Of a stretch of DNA of 64,000 nucleotides, positions 20,776 to 31,997 are shown piece by piece. Location: contig CAWEXO010000009.1 in the NCBI GenBank assembly GCA_963813025.1, positions 32,001 through 96,000 on the forward strand, in the 5' to 3' direction. Positions within the stretch are counted from its first letter, which is position 1. Every line of letters begins with the position of its first letter. This DNA comes from an uncultured Verrucomicrobiae bacterium (GTDB taxonomy: Bacteria > Verrucomicrobiota > Verrucomicrobiia > Chthoniobacterales > JAFAMB01). Both the position numbers and the translations under genes were made by a program. Below the pieces are notes generated by a model that saw only the letters and a program-made list of their open reading frames with translations, ran no database searches and was not told where the DNA came from.

Positions 20776-22183
20776 TGCCGTTCTTCACACGGGCTCGACT
20801 CATCGCCACAAGATTATGGGCGATGATGCACCAGCCAACGTGTCTTTCAAATCCAATCTCACCTTTATAAAAGGCTCGCCGCATGCCAAAGCAGTGTTTG
20901 AGCGTACTCAGCCGCGCTTCAATGCCTGTTCTCCAGCCTTGGCCACGCCGAAACCAGCGCTGTTTCTGTCGCGCAGCCCGGGCAGCGCTTAAACGGCCGC
21001 GAGCCGGCAGAACCACTTGCTTGACTCCCAACTCGGGCCGCAGCCTTTTCGTTGGCACTGTTCCAGAAGCCTCGGTCAGCCGCAGCCAATCGAGGTGCTC
21101 GACCGAATAGCTCCACATGGGCTTCCAGCGCCGGCATCCACTGTTGCTGATCGCAGAGGTTGCCCGGGGCCACAGCATAATTGCTGACAAGGCCGTTTTC
21201 GACTTCGTCGATACGGACCAAGCGCCCAAATTCATTGGGCTTGTGAGCTTTGCCCTTGCGAATGACCACACTGTGGGGTTCAAAGAGGCTCAAGATTTTG
21301 TCCGGATGCCGTGTCTGTGCCTGGAAAATTCGCGCCCGACTCTGGGTGATGACTTTCTCAACCAGGGGCAGGTAATGTTGAGAGAAGCTTCTGCTGCAAG
21401 GACCTTTGAAGAAAGCTTCGTGCCGGGCCACTAATTGGCCATCCTTGAGAGCCTCAAGCACGGCTGCGGCCTGAGTCCTTACTCCTTGGGTCAGTCCAAT
21501 GAGCTTTTTATAGCTTTGCTTTAACTGCTCCTGGCCTGCCTGAGTAAAAGTCCGGGCCGCTCGGCCAATCTCCAACACTCGATATTTGGCCGCTCGGGCG
21601 TGATCGACAATGCGCAGCTCCGACTCGTGGCAACCCTCGGCGATGCGTTGCAAAGACCGGCTCATGACCCGCAGCGAATCAGCCAGCAACGAGCTGTCGG
21701 TTGGATGGTGAATATTGGTTTCTACGGCGGTGGTATCGGTGCGTAGCTTCTTTCCGGCAATGATGGTCGCCTCTTTGGCCTGCTGCACGATCCGCTGGTG
21801 GATCTGCTGGGTGCCTTCCTTGCCAAAGAGCGCAAAAGCCCGACACAGATTGCTAAAATCTGGAATCGGGTCCTCATAAAAGCGGGTGAAGCGTCGATAG
21901 AGAAGGCTGGCTCGCAGTTCGCGGTGCAGTTCGCGGTAGGACCAACCTTTGATGTGCTTAAGCACCACACAGCGCAGCAGCCGATCCGGAGCAATTCCTT
22001 CGCGGCCAACTTTGGTTGGAGCCTGGCGAGCGGCTCGCCAAAGCCTCGAGTGCTCAAAGCCAATAAGCCCGGATCCTCAAGCAGCCGATCAACTGCATCG
22101 AGCATCGGGTCAGTAATGGTGGCGGCTTCCTTAAAGAAAGCGAAAGCAAACAGAGAGGCTGGCCGAACAGTCTTACCGATCAC
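20753..22183 (-). pseudogene. IS5/ISNCY-like transposase, frameshifted as given
   Basis: Homology is split over three ORFs (21722-22183, 20919-21968, 20753-21283). DDE motifs RTDTTAVETNIHHPTDS, AADRGF and RTGIEARLS. Confidence 0.85.
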
Positions 22184-22638
22184 TACCTAATCGATATAGT
22201 CGATTAGGTAACTCTCGTGCAACAATAAAATCAAAATTTTTTTGACGAACTACTCGTTAGCCCTCCGCTGCCGCCACCCGTGGGGAAAAATCATTTCGCA
22301 ACAGCCTTTAGCTAGAGATATATAGCAATGACGCAACCAAATCCGGTCCCCGATTTTCGGGGCCGATCGGACTGGATGGACTCTATCGCAAGGGAGAACC
22401 AACCTACACTCAGGCGTTACCGATTCGTGGGGTCTATGCCCTCAAGGGGACTTGGGAAGACGCCCATACATTTGTGATGGACAGGCTAATCCTGGGGCAG
22501 GGACCACCTGAGCGATGGACCCTTATGTTCGACGGAGACAAGCTTACGGCCCTCGTCAAACAAGGCGGCCGGGAAATTTCTATCGACGGTCAGGCCGGCG
22601 GGTAGGCTTGCGTGTGCTGCCCTTTTATGCTCTCGGAA

Positions 22639-24681
22639 TCATTGCGGACGGATCATCCGTCCGTCGGACTGTCTGCGCTCGACGAACGCTCGCATTTTCG
22701 CGAAATGATGGCGCGCGTTTCCTTCGTTCGCCGGCCGGTTCACGTATGATTGATAGTCCAGCTGCTCGATGCAGGCCGGATCGAGATCTTTCAGAAATGA
22801 ACTAGGCGTGCAGGGTGTCGGCTTACCGTACTTGGATCGGCTGGCACAATGGCTGAGCATCAGTGAGCGGCGGGCGCGAGTGATACCGACGTACAGCAAT
22901 CGGCGCTCCTCGTCCAGCGCGCCTTCTGCCTTCGACCGATCATGCGGAAGAATTCCTTCTTCAATGCCCACCAAAAAGACATGATTGAACTCGAGGCCCT
23001 TGGCCGCGTGCAGGGTAATGAGATGAACGCTGTCCTGATCCGGATCCCGTTCCTCTTCGCGCTGATCGTCGAGGGCTGTTTCAGACAAAAACCCGCGGAG
23101 CCCGTCCGAGGAGCGTTGCTGATATTCCCGGAGAGACCGCACAACTTCGCGCACATTTTCCTCCCGGCTGAGCGCTTCCTCCGGCGTCTTGCTCAACCGC
23201 CGTAATTCGGACAGGTAACCGATTTCGGTCAATAAAGCTTCCAGCAAACCCGCGAGGTCAACGAGCGGCTCACTGGCTTTGGTTTCGTATCGATCGATCA
23301 ACTCGACAAAATCTTCAATCGCCGCGCGACCGCGCTTGCTCAGCAATCCGAGAAACCTGGGCGTCCGCAATGTTTCGAAAAAAGAGCGGGACGCGCTCTC
23401 CTTCAAGGCCAGCTCGACAGTCGACGCGCCGATTCCGCGTGCCGGCGTGTTGATCACCCGCAACAGGTTCAGGTCATCCTGCGGGTTCACCAGAGATTGC
23501 AGGTAGGCCAGGAGATCTTTCACTTCGCGTCGATCGAAAAAGCTCCGGCTGCCGATAAGCCGATAGGGAATCTGGGATCGTCGCAGCAGTTCCTCCAACA
23601 AGCGCGATTGGGCATTCATCCGAAATAGGACCGCCAAATCACCCCAGGCCGAGTTCTCCTGCAGCCGGCGGCGTTGGAGTTCATCGACGACCAACTCCGC
23701 TTCCTTCCGCTCGTCCGGTACCCCGACCAAACGCACTTTCTCGCCCTGACCAAGCTCGCTCCAAAGGGTTTTCAGGCGCCGTCGCGGGTTTTGCCGGATA
23801 AGGCTGTTGGCGATTCCGAGGATGGCGTTGGAACTACGATAGTTCTGTTCCAACTTGACGATCTTCGGCCCAGGAAAATGGCGTTCAAACTCCAGGATGT
23901 TGCTCACCTCAGCGCCTCGCCAGCCATAGATACTCTGGTCGTCATCGCCCACGACGCATACATTCCGATGGAGGCCGGCTAGGTGGCGAACCAAGTCGAG
24001 TTGCAGGCGGTTGGTGTCCTGAAATTCGTCAACCAGCAAAAAACTGAATCGGCTCTGCCACTTCTTTTGGAGAGCCGGAAATTCCTCCAGGAGACGAACG
24101 GCCAAAATCAATAGATCATCGAAATCAACGGCATTGAACGTCTTCAGATCGGCTTGGTAACCCTCCGCCACTGCCACAAGTAGATCGCTTTCCCCGCTCC
24201 CGGCGGTGTGGGCGGTCTCGATCGAAACGGAACCGCGATTTTTGAGGCGGCTGATGACATTGCGCGCCAGGTTCGGATCGAGCTTTTCATCCCGGCTGGA
24301 GATCCGGTTAATGACTTTTCGGATGAGTCCAAGCTGATCCCCTTCGCTATAGATCGAAAAGTTCGGCTTGTAGCCGAGATGACCGATGTCTTCACGAAGC
24401 AGGCGCACGCAGAGCGAGTGGAAGGTGCAGATGGTCAGCGCGCTGGCCTGTTTGCGATCGACTATCGAGGCGACACGGGTCCGCATCTCGGCGGCTGCTT
24501 TATTCGTGAAAGTCACCGCCAAAATCTGGCGGGCATCGATCCCTTCATGGAGCAGGTAAACGATCCGCATCGTGATTACGCGCGTCTTTCCGGTGCCCGC
24601 GCCGGCGAGAATCAGCAGTGGTCCGCCGATCGTGCGAACCGCTTCAGTCTGTTGGGCGTTAAGATCAAAAAGGCGCAGCAT
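22639..24681 (-). CDS. UvrD/Rep/PcrA superfamily I DNA helicase
   Basis: AGAGTGKT, VDEFQDTN, VGDDDQSIYGWRGA, LEQNYRS, TLHAAKGLEF and EERRLLYVGITRA. Confidence 0.95.
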   Translation of the reverse strand: MLRLFDLNAQQTEAVRTIGGPLLILAGAGTGKTRVITMRIVYLLHEGIDARQILAVTFTNKAAAEMRTRVASIVDRKQASALTICTFHSLCVRLLREDIGHLGYKPNFSIYSEGDQLGLIRKVINRISSRDEKLDPNLARNVISRLKNRGSVSIETAHTAGSGESDLLVAVAEGYQADLKTFNAVDFDDLLILAVRLLEEFPALQKKWQSRFSFLLVDEFQDTNRLQLDLVRHLAGLHRNVCVVGDDDQSIYGWRGAEVSNILEFERHFPGPKIVKLEQNYRSSNAILGIANSLIRQNPRRRLKTLWSELGQGEKVRLVGVPDERKEAELVVDELQRRRLQENSAWGDLAVLFRMNAQSRLLEELLRRSQIPYRLIGSRSFFDRREVKDLLAYLQSLVNPQDDLNLLRVINTPARGIGASTVELALKESASRSFFETLRTPRFLGLLSKRGRAAIEDFVELIDRYETKASEPLVDLAGLLEALLTEIGYLSELRRLSKTPEEALSREENVREVVRSLREYQQRSSDGLRGFLSETALDDQREEERDPDQDSVHLITLHAAKGLEFNHVFLVGIEEGILPHDRSKAEGALDEERRLLYVGITRARRSLMLSHCASRSKYGKPTPCTPSSFLKDLDPACIEQLDYQSYVNRPANEGNARHHFAKMRAFVERRQSDGRMIRPQ

Positions 24682-24705
24682 TTGGAGTGCTAAACAGCTG
24701 CACTG

Positions 24706-24840
24706 ATGCCAAATGCCACAAGTCAAAAAATGCCACAAATGCCACAAACAAGGAATTGTTTCGAATGCCGATCGATAGCGCGAAGAAACGCCCTCTTCAT
24801 TGCTGGCATTTGTGGCATTTTTTGACTTGTAGCATTTGCA
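24706..24840. repeat. Long inverted repeat built from ATGCCACAA units
   Basis: CAAATGCCACAAGTCAAAAAATGCCACAAATGCCA pairs with TGGCATTTGTGGCATTTTTTGACTTGTAGCATTTG (1 mismatch) across a spacer of about 60 bp. Confidence 0.85.
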
Positions 24841-24864
24841 GAGCCGACAAGCCTGGAAGCTTGT

Positions 24865-25602
24865 CTACGCCGTTTTCAGCGCCTCGCTATAGCGTTGCTG
24901 TACGTAATCCCAGTTAATTACGTTCCAGAAAGCCTTGATGTATTCCGGCCGCCGATTCTGATGTTTGAGGTAATAGGAATGTTCCCAGACATCGATGCCC
25001 AGCAGCGGCGCTTCGTGCCCCGTTTTGTTTGAGATCGGAGTATCCTGGTTTGGCGTGGTCTCAATCTTCAATTTTCCGCTGTCCAAGACCAGCCATGCCC
25101 AGCCGCTGCCAAAGACCTTGGCCGCCGCTTCCGAGAGTTTCTGTTGAAAGGAAGGATAACCGCCAAAGGCATCATCGATTGCGTTGGCGAGGTCTCCCGA
25201 AGGCTTTCCCTCTTCGTTCTTCTTCAGCATAAGCCAGAAGAGCGAATGGTTGTAATGTCCGCCGGCGTTGTTCCGCACCGCTGTACGAATCTTCTCCGGC
25301 ACCTGATCAAGCTGGGTCAGCAGATCGTTCAGCGTCATTTGCTGGAACCTAGGATCTGCCGTGGCCAGGGCCTTGTTCAGGTTTTCGACATAAGCGGCAT
25401 GATGTTTATCATGATGAATCTCCATCGTTTTCGTATCGATGTAGGGTTCCAGGGCATCGTAGGGATAGCCCAGTTCGGGTACCTTGAAGGGATAGGTCTG
25501 GCTGGCGGTCGCCGTTTGTTCTGCCCGGATTATGGACGGATTCAAGGCTATCGCGCCGGCTGCCAAAGCAACCGTCTTAATGGCATCGCGTCGAGTGATC
25601 AT
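24865..25602 (-). CDS. Fe/Mn superoxide dismutase with twin-arginine signal peptide
   Basis: HHDKHHAAYV, GGHYNHSLFW, FGSGWAW and DVWEHSYY; N-terminus MITRRDAIKTVALAAGAIAL. Confidence 0.93.
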   Translation of the reverse strand: MITRRDAIKTVALAAGAIALNPSIIRAEQTATASQTYPFKVPELGYPYDALEPYIDTKTMEIHHDKHHAAYVENLNKALATADPRFQQMTLNDLLTQLDQVPEKIRTAVRNNAGGHYNHSLFWLMLKKNEEGKPSGDLANAIDDAFGGYPSFQQKLSEAAAKVFGSGWAWLVLDSGKLKIETTPNQDTPISNKTGHEAPLLGIDVWEHSYYLKHQNRRPEYIKAFWNVINWDYVQQRYSEALKTA

Positions 25603-25905
25603 AAACCTAATAGCCGATAGTAAATCGCAAATCGCAAATTGCAGAGCGGAAGAAATAAGCCACGGCAGCCTGTTCGCTTGTTCCTCGCTCCAGACTGTCG
25701 AACGCAGAAACAGAGCCGGCCAGATTTGCCAAGCGGTGCCAACTTTCAAATTGAACAATCAAACTTATCTTAACGATATAGTGTTACCCGCGTCCTGACC
25801 GCGCCCTTTCAGCACGCATTGGTCATCGGCCACCGGCCATCGGTCATTATCACCGCTATTGGCGCTGGCGCGTGAACCCGCTTGCGCCTATAATTACGCC
25901 TTTTC

Positions 25906-27699
25906 ATGAATACCTCTCTTACCACTAAAACGGCCAGTCCGCGTCAGGCGCCCGAACGGGGCGAAACCATGAACGGCGCCGAGATCCTCGTCGCCTGCCT
26001 GGAGCGGGAAGGAGTAGAGGTAATCTTCGCTTATCCGGGGGGAGCCAGCATGCCGATTCATCAGGCTCTGACCAGGTCAAAGCAAATCCGAACCATTCTG
26101 CCCCGCCACGAGCAAGGCGGCGCTTTTGCGGCCGAAGGGTATGCCCGTGCTTCGGGCAAAGCGGGTGTGTGCATGGCGACCTCGGGACCGGGCGCGACCA
26201 ATCTGGTGACTGGTATCGCCGATGCCTATATGGATTCGGTGCCGCTCGTGGCGATCACCGGGCAGGTGCCTCAGGAAATGATAGGCCGAGGCGCGTTTCA
26301 GGAGACGGATTTCTTTGGCATGACTCTGCCGGTGGTCAAGCACAGCTACCTGATCATGGATATCCACGAGATTCCGCGCGTGGTGAAGGAGGCATTTCAC
26401 ATCGCGCAAACCGGTCGTCCCGGCCCAGTGGTGATCGATGTTCCCAAAAATATTCAGAATCAAACCGCGCAGCCGATTTTTCCCGCAGAAATCACCTTGC
26501 GCGGCTATCTGCTTCCGCGCAAAGCGGATGCAGTCGCGTTGAACGAAGTCATCGGGCTGATCAAATCCGCGCGTCGTCCGATGATTTACGCCGGCGGCGG
26601 GATTATCACGGCGGAAGCTGCACCCGAACTTCTGGAATTTGCCGAACAGAGTCAGATCCCGGTGGCCACGACCCTGATGGGCATCGGCGGATTTCCGGAA
26701 AATCATCCGCTCTCCCTGAAATGGCTTGGCATGCATGGCACCGTTTACGCCAATTGCGCCGTAAATGAAGCGGATCTCTTGCTCGCCTTGGGGGTTAGAT
26801 TTGACGATCGCGTGACCGGCAAGGTCGAGAAATTCGCCGAACACGGGACCATCGTTCACGTCGACATCGATTTCTCCGAGCTAAACAAGAACAAAGTCGT
26901 CAAACTCCCGATCCACAGCGATATCAAATATGCGCTGAGCGAACTGAATCGTTTGTTGCGCGAGTCCGGATTTGCCGGATCGACTGAACCGGTTCGAGCC
27001 TGGCATGAACAGATCGATCGTTGGAAGAAGCGATACCCGCTGGATTTCAACGATACGGAAGACCTGATTCAGCCTCAGTATGTCATCCGCCTCTTGCACG
27101 AACTCACCAAGGGCGACGCGATTGTGTCAACGGGGGTTGGCCAACACCAGATGTGGGCCGGGCAATATTACGATTTTACCCGATCGCGCCAGTTCATCAC
27201 CTCAGCTGGACTTGGCGCCATGGGTTTTGGGTTTCCGGCCGCGCTCGGCGCAAAAGTGGCCCATCCGGAAAAGCAGGTGATCGATATCGATGGGGACGGC
27301 TCATTCTTGATGAATATCCAGGAACTAGCCTGTGCGCATATCGAAGAGATCGCAGCCAAGGTGATCATTCTGAATAACCAGCACCTTGGCATGGTAGTTC
27401 AATGGGAAGACCGCTTCTACAAAGGAAACCGCGGCCACACTTTTCTGGGAGATCCGCGCGATCGTAAGCGCATTTATCCGGACTATGTGGAGCTTTGTTC
27501 CGGTTTTGGCGTAAAGTGTGAACGCGTTCTGCAGAAGAGAGACCTGCGTCCGGCACTGGAGCGGCTCCTGGATTCGACGGAATGCTATGTGCTCGATGTG
27601 ATGGTTCCCTATACCGAGCATGTTCTTCCAATGATTCCGTCAGGGAAAACCTATCGCGACATCATAATCGATCAGCGTCACGGCAAGTTCGAAGGCTGA
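25906..27699 (+). CDS. ilvB: Acetolactate synthase large subunit
   Basis: [38 protein letters not shown] and MVVQWE. Confidence 0.95.
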   Translation: MNTSLTTKTASPRQAPERGETMNGAEILVACLEREGVEVIFAYPGGASMPIHQALTRSKQIRTILPRHEQGGAFAAEGYARASGKAGVCMATSGPGATNLVTGIADAYMDSVPLVAITGQVPQEMIGRGAFQETDFFGMTLPVVKHSYLIMDIHEIPRVVKEAFHIAQTGRPGPVVIDVPKNIQNQTAQPIFPAEITLRGYLLPRKADAVALNEVIGLIKSARRPMIYAGGGIITAEAAPELLEFAEQSQIPVATTLMGIGGFPENHPLSLKWLGMHGTVYANCAVNEADLLLALGVRFDDRVTGKVEKFAEHGTIVHVDIDFSELNKNKVVKLPIHSDIKYALSELNRLLRESGFAGSTEPVRAWHEQIDRWKKRYPLDFNDTEDLIQPQYVIRLLHELTKGDAIVSTGVGQHQMWAGQYYDFTRSRQFITSAGLGAMGFGFPAALGAKVAHPEKQVIDIDGDGSFLMNIQELACAHIEEIAAKVIILNNQHLGMVVQWEDRFYKGNRGHTFLGDPRDRKRIYPDYVELCSGFGVKCERVLQKRDLRPALERLLDSTECYVLDVMVPYTEHVLPMIPSGKTYRDIIIDQRHGKFEG

Positions 27700-27705
27700 G
27701 GTGTT

Positions 27706-28626
27706 TTAATTTTCCCTGAGCTCAAAATGCGTGATCCGGCGAAACGTCTGGTAACGGTCCTCGATTTCTTTCGGACTTAGTTCTACTAACCGATTCAAGC
27801 TAAACGACTCAACGGAGTAGCTGGCAATGACACTCCCGTGAACCACACCTTTTCGGAGGTCTTCAAAGTTGAAACGCTCTTTGCGTAATCCAGCCAGGTA
27901 ACCAGCGAATCCTCCGGCAAACGCGTCGCCTGCGCCGGTCGGGTCCACCAGGTTTTCCAGCGGAAAGGCAGCGCAACTAAAAAATTCATCTCGCGACAGC
28001 AAGAGACATCCGTGCTCGCCCTTTTTGACAGCGACGTACTTGGGACCGAGATCGAGGACTTTTCGCGCAGCTCTGATAAGATTTTCTTCCTCCGTCAGTT
28101 GACGGGCTTCGCTGTCGTTCAGCACCAGGAGATCGATTTGGGTTAACAGCTCAAGCAGCTCTGGACGCATGGTCGTAATCCAGAGATCCATTGTGTCGGC
28201 GATAACAAAACGCGGGGCGGTCGCTTGGTGCCGCACGTTTAATTGGAGGGTCGGGCTGATGTTCCCGAGCAGAATGATCGGTGTCGCGCGATAACGGTCG
28301 GGAAGTTTCGGATTGAAAGTTTCAAACACATTCAGCTCGACATGAAGCGTTCTGCGTTTGTTCATGTCGGCTTCGTATTCGCCGGTCCAGCGGAATGTCC
28401 GGCCATTGGCGATTTCCAGCCCGGCCAGGTCAATTCCGCACGAACGGAGCAGCTCGATATGCGCGGGCGGAAAATCCGATCCGACAATCCCCACCAGATT
28501 AACCGGATGAAAGAAACTGGCGCTGACGGAGGCGTACGAAGCGGACCCGCCGAGCAAATCAGCTTGTTCCTCGGTCTGGGTCTTAATCGTATCGATTGCG
28601 ACAGATCCGACAATAAGTACCGACAT
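27706..28626 (-). CDS. PfkB family carbohydrate kinase
   Basis: LGGSA, VKKGEHG and DPTGAGDAFAGGF. Confidence 0.92.
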   Translation of the reverse strand: MSVLIVGSVAIDTIKTQTEEQADLLGGSASYASVSASFFHPVNLVGIVGSDFPPAHIELLRSCGIDLAGLEIANGRTFRWTGEYEADMNKRRTLHVELNVFETFNPKLPDRYRATPIILLGNISPTLQLNVRHQATAPRFVIADTMDLWITTMRPELLELLTQIDLLVLNDSEARQLTEEENLIRAARKVLDLGPKYVAVKKGEHGCLLLSRDEFFSCAAFPLENLVDPTGAGDAFAGGFAGYLAGLRKERFNFEDLRKGVVHGSVIASYSVESFSLNRLVELSPKEIEDRYQTFRRITHFELREN

Positions 28627-28677
28627 GGCCGAAACGATTGGGTAATTGTGCTTGGATGGCGAGGATTTTTTAGAGTG

Positions 28678-29364
28678 ATGCCCAAAGCTTCAATCTGGGT
28701 GAAGCGTCAGGAACTACCGTGGTTGCCCGCTCGAACGATCGTGTTGAGTTTCGACGATGGGCCTAATGTCTCCGCGACCACGACCGAACGTTTGCTCGAC
28801 GTATTGGATCGAGTGGCCGTGAAAGCGGCATTTTGTGTTATCGGGTACGCCGCGGATGGGGCGCCGAATCTCGTCCGCAGGATGCAAGGCGCGGGTCATT
28901 TGTTAGTGAACCATACCTACAGCCATCGGCTCGAAAGTCTTTTTCGCACGGAAGACTTGGCAACGGAAATTCGCCGGGGCGAGGAAGCCGTGGGCAAGGC
29001 CCTGCGGACCGACAGCTATCGCAGCCGTTGGTTCCGGCCTCCGGGAGGCTGGCTGACGCCAGCGGTAAGGAAATGTCTGTCCGTCAACCACTTTAAGCTC
29101 TTACCGGTGACGCATTTTGCTTTCGATACCTGGTGCAGTCGTCAGGGCGTAAGGCGGTTGGTCGAAGCGCATTTGCGTGTGGCCCGCCGCGATAGCGGCG
29201 GTGTTTTTGTGATCCATGATGGGCTTGTTCGGTGCGGGCCCCTCGACCGGCTTTGCGATCTCTTGCCGGGCAACGACCGTTCGTGGGTACCCGACGCCAT
29301 GGAGTCTCTGATCGTTGGACTTCGGTCCGACGGCTTTTCGTTCGCTCTCCCCCCCGAGGATTGA
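28678..29364 (+). CDS. Polysaccharide deacetylase (NodB/CE4)
   Basis: SFDDGP, NHTYSH, FRPPGG and VIHDG. Confidence 0.88.
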   Translation: MPKASIWVKRQELPWLPARTIVLSFDDGPNVSATTTERLLDVLDRVAVKAAFCVIGYAADGAPNLVRRMQGAGHLLVNHTYSHRLESLFRTEDLATEIRRGEEAVGKALRTDSYRSRWFRPPGGWLTPAVRKCLSVNHFKLLPVTHFAFDTWCSRQGVRRLVEAHLRVARRDSGGVFVIHDGLVRCGPLDRLCDLLPGNDRSWVPDAMESLIVGLRSDGFSFALPPED

Positions 29365-29414
29365 ACTTGCGCGCACGCCCCGAAACGGACGACGCCGTCG
29401 GGGGTACAGGTCCG

Positions 29415-30533
29415 TCAGAATGGCCACGCCGACGGGTCAGCCGGAAGATCGAACCACCCACACAGACGATGCAAAATGTAGGCAATGTCGTATGGAAAGA
29501 CGGACCACTGGGGTATTCCTCCCCGGACCCAAGCCCAGGGACTGATCAGCCAGACCAGAAAAATCCAGCTCGTGAACTGGCCGTCAAGCCGGCTCAAAAA
29601 TTCCGGATTGAGCAGCCAATACACGGCGATAAGAAAAAAAGTAGTCACCGCTAAAACGCGCGTCTGATCACCGGAGAAAGGTAATAATCCGAGCAGCCCC
29701 ACCAATGCCGTGAAAAACGGAACGGATCTCCAGCCGTATTCCGCGTACTTGATGGCGACGAGCCAACCCAGCCCAAGAACAGACCAGAGGATAGCATGGG
29801 AGTGGAAAAAGAATTGGCTCAGGAGGAGCCCGAGATGGCTTTGGATCCAGAAGATTCGCCCGGAATTTACCGAGACACCGAAAACGTGAAAAAGAACGAT
29901 GAGACCGATCTTTCCAACGATTGTCCCTCCGATCAGCGCGACCGCCCATCGAACTGAAAACTCAATTTCGGCTTTCATTCGATTGCTCAGAAATAAGGCG
30001 AGCAATACAGCGCCTGCGCCACAGAAGCTTTGCTCAAAATGCTGCATGCCCAACGCGATACCGATCAGCAGCACAAACAGAAGTTTTCGTGAAACGGCGA
30101 GCGCTAACATCATCAGCGCAAGCGTAAGCGAGTCCATCCCTAGCCAGAAATAGGAGGTCGCGGAGACCGGAAGAAGCGCGAACAGCACTAGAGAGGTGCG
30201 CGCAGCCCCGGTCGTCAATCTGGTAAACGCGACTTTCAGGAACAACGCAGTGAAGGCCAGGGAGAAAAATAGGTGGAAGATAAAGAACGACATCTGGCCC
30301 GTCGCCCCAATCCGCCAAGCCAAAAAGGGTTCGAGCCAGGACCAATAAAGATAATGAGTGTTGGGATCGGCGAAGGGATTGATGAATGGGTTAAAGGCGA
30401 TTAAGCGCGAGGAACTCAGGTCCGGGATGCACCAGATCCCGGTTTTCAGAAGAGTGACCAGCAGGATCAACAAAACAAGTTTCCAGGCCGCACTCTGGTA
30501 GATGAATCGTTCTACGAACTGTCCGACTTTCAT
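29415..30533 (-). CDS. Polytopic membrane protein of unknown function
   Basis: About 10 hydrophobic segments; ATGA overlap with the upstream pseudouridine synthase. Confidence 0.75.
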   Translation of the reverse strand: MKVGQFVERFIYQSAAWKLVLLILLVTLLKTGIWCIPDLSSSRLIAFNPFINPFADPNTHYLYWSWLEPFLAWRIGATGQMSFFIFHLFFSLAFTALFLKVAFTRLTTGAARTSLVLFALLPVSATSYFWLGMDSLTLALMMLALAVSRKLLFVLLIGIALGMQHFEQSFCGAGAVLLALFLSNRMKAEIEFSVRWAVALIGGTIVGKIGLIVLFHVFGVSVNSGRIFWIQSHLGLLLSQFFFHSHAILWSVLGLGWLVAIKYAEYGWRSVPFFTALVGLLGLLPFSGDQTRVLAVTTFFLIAVYWLLNPEFLSRLDGQFTSWIFLVWLISPWAWVRGGIPQWSVFPYDIAYILHRLCGWFDLPADPSAWPF

Positions 30534-31264
30534 CGAAGGAAATCCGCTAGATCCCGTGGAAATGGCGCCTCGAAGTCATATTGCGTGTTGCGAAAAACCA
30601 AACGGAGCCGGGTTGCATGCAGGGCTTGACGCGGCAGGAGGAGTTTTCGTTCCAGCTCGGCAGTCCAACCGGTCTGGATGAAACGGAGATAGCACGTTTC
30701 GTCCGGTCCATAGATCTTGTCGCCGACTATCGGCCAGCCGGCGAACTGCAAATGTACTCTGATCTGATGGGTGCGTCCGGTTTGCGGGACGGCCTCCAAG
30801 AGAGCAAATTTGCCCATTGGATGATCCAGCCGCCGCAACACACGGAAACGCGTCAATGCCGGCGCCCCGTTTGGGTGAACCATGCGCTTGAGATAGATGC
30901 GAGTCGGCTGGATCGAGCCTTGGCGGACAACGGGCTCCGCCACGCAAAACGCTTCTGAGACCGGAGAGCCAAACACGATGGCCTGATAAGTCTTTTCGAT
31001 TTCGCCGCGCTGCATCGCCGCATGCAATTCCTGAGCGGCCGGCCGATTTTTCGCGACCAGGACCACACCGCTTGTTTCACGGTCCAACCGATTGATCAGT
31101 GAGATTTGACCGCCATTAACAATTTCGAAGGCAAGCGTTTCCCGGAGTTGATCCCAGAGCGTCAACGCGCCCCCGGGCCCGGTCGGATGCACCATTAACG
31201 GGGCCGGCTTATTGACGACAAGGAAAGAATCGTTTTCGAAGAGAATATAGAGAGGCGAGAGCAA
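30530..31264 (-). CDS. RluA family pseudouridine synthase
   Basis: VNKPA, NRLDRETSG, TGRTHQIRVH, IVGDKIY and RQALHA. Confidence 0.93.
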   Translation of the reverse strand: MLSPLYILFENDSFLVVNKPAPLMVHPTGPGGALTLWDQLRETLAFEIVNGGQISLINRLDRETSGVVLVAKNRPAAQELHAAMQRGEIEKTYQAIVFGSPVSEAFCVAEPVVRQGSIQPTRIYLKRMVHPNGAPALTRFRVLRRLDHPMGKFALLEAVPQTGRTHQIRVHLQFAGWPIVGDKIYGPDETCYLRFIQTGWTAELERKLLLPRQALHATRLRLVFRNTQYDFEAPFPRDLADFLR

Positions 31265-31274
31265 CTTCTAACCT

Positions 31275-31997
31275 TCAGCGTTGAACAGGCAAGGATCCAG
31301 CCAGACTCGCGTCGTACAAATGGCCATTGTCAAGCCGCACGATTCGGCGAGCGCAGGTTGCTACTTCAGCGCTGTGCGTAACGACAACTAAGGTCCCGAC
31401 CTGTTCTTGAAAAATTCGCTCGAAGATTTCCAGTACTTTGGCGCCGTTCTCACGGTCGAGGTTTCCGGTCGGTTCGTCGGCGAGGATCAGAGAAGGTTGG
31501 TGCACGAGCGCTCGAGCAATCGCGGTTCGTTGCATTTCGCCTCCGCTGAGTTGATGGGTGAAGTGGCCGGCGCGCTGTTGCAGGCCAACCAACTCTAGCA
31601 CGGCTTCGACCCGACCCTTGACTTCGCTTTTTTTCAACTTCTGCAACTCGAGAGGCAGGGCGACATTTTCGAAAACGTTGAGCATCGGCAAGAGGTTGAA
31701 AAACTGGAAGATAATCCCAAGCCGGCGCAAACGGTAATCGGTGAGTTCTCGATCGGATGCCTGCGCCAAAGACATGCGATCGACTACGATCTCGCCTTCG
31801 TCGGGGCGATCCAACCCGCCGAGCAAATGCAATAAGGTGCTTTTACCGGAGCCGGATTCACCAGTGATCGCCACAAAATCATACTTCGAGATAGAGAGAG
31901 TAAGCCGGTCGAGCGCGATCACCAGATTGTCACCCTGTCCATAACGGCGAGTAACGTTTCTGATGGTGATGAACTGCTCGCCTTCGGGACGTTTCAC
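31275..31997 (-). CDS. LolD/MacB-like ABC ATP-binding protein
   Basis: [26 protein letters not shown] and VTH. Confidence 0.92.
   Translation of the reverse strand: MKRPEGEQFITIRNVTRRYGQGDNLVIALDRLTLSISKYDFVAITGESGSGKSTLLHLLGGLDRPDEGEIVVDRMSLAQASDRELTDYRLRRLGIIFQFFNLLPMLNVFENVALPLELQKLKKSEVKGRVEAVLELVGLQQRAGHFTHQLSGGEMQRTAIARALVHQPSLILADEPTGNLDRENGAKVLEIFERIFQEQVGTLVVVTHSAEVATCARRIVRLDNGHLYDASLAGSLPVQR

Larger units (their letters stand above)
20386..22311 (-). mobile_element. IS5/ISNCY-like DDE insertion sequence with accessory ORF
   Basis: Terminal IRs CTAAAG(C/G)CTGTTGCGAAATG; CTAG duplicated at 20382-20385 and 22312-22315. Confidence 0.9.
19755..22605 (+). pseudogene. Serine hydrolase (beta-lactamase-related) remnant, 5'-truncated and IS-interrupted
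   Basis: Begins mid-domain (YAKAKLFGPLGI..DMAKIGYLYLRNG) without SxxK. Removing the IS plus one CTAG restores the frame HYE-LEIYS..., which runs to TAG at 22603-22605. Confidence 0.85.

Noticed and set aside
25725..25742. Sigma54-like site upstream of sod (TGGCACCGCTTGGCAA on the minus strand)
   Set aside because: GG-to-GC spacing is 9 nt rather than the required 10.
28243..28677. Long N-terminal extension of the polysaccharide deacetylase and other long antisense ORFs
   Set aside because: They overlap well-supported genes on the opposite strand, which is expected in GC-rich DNA.
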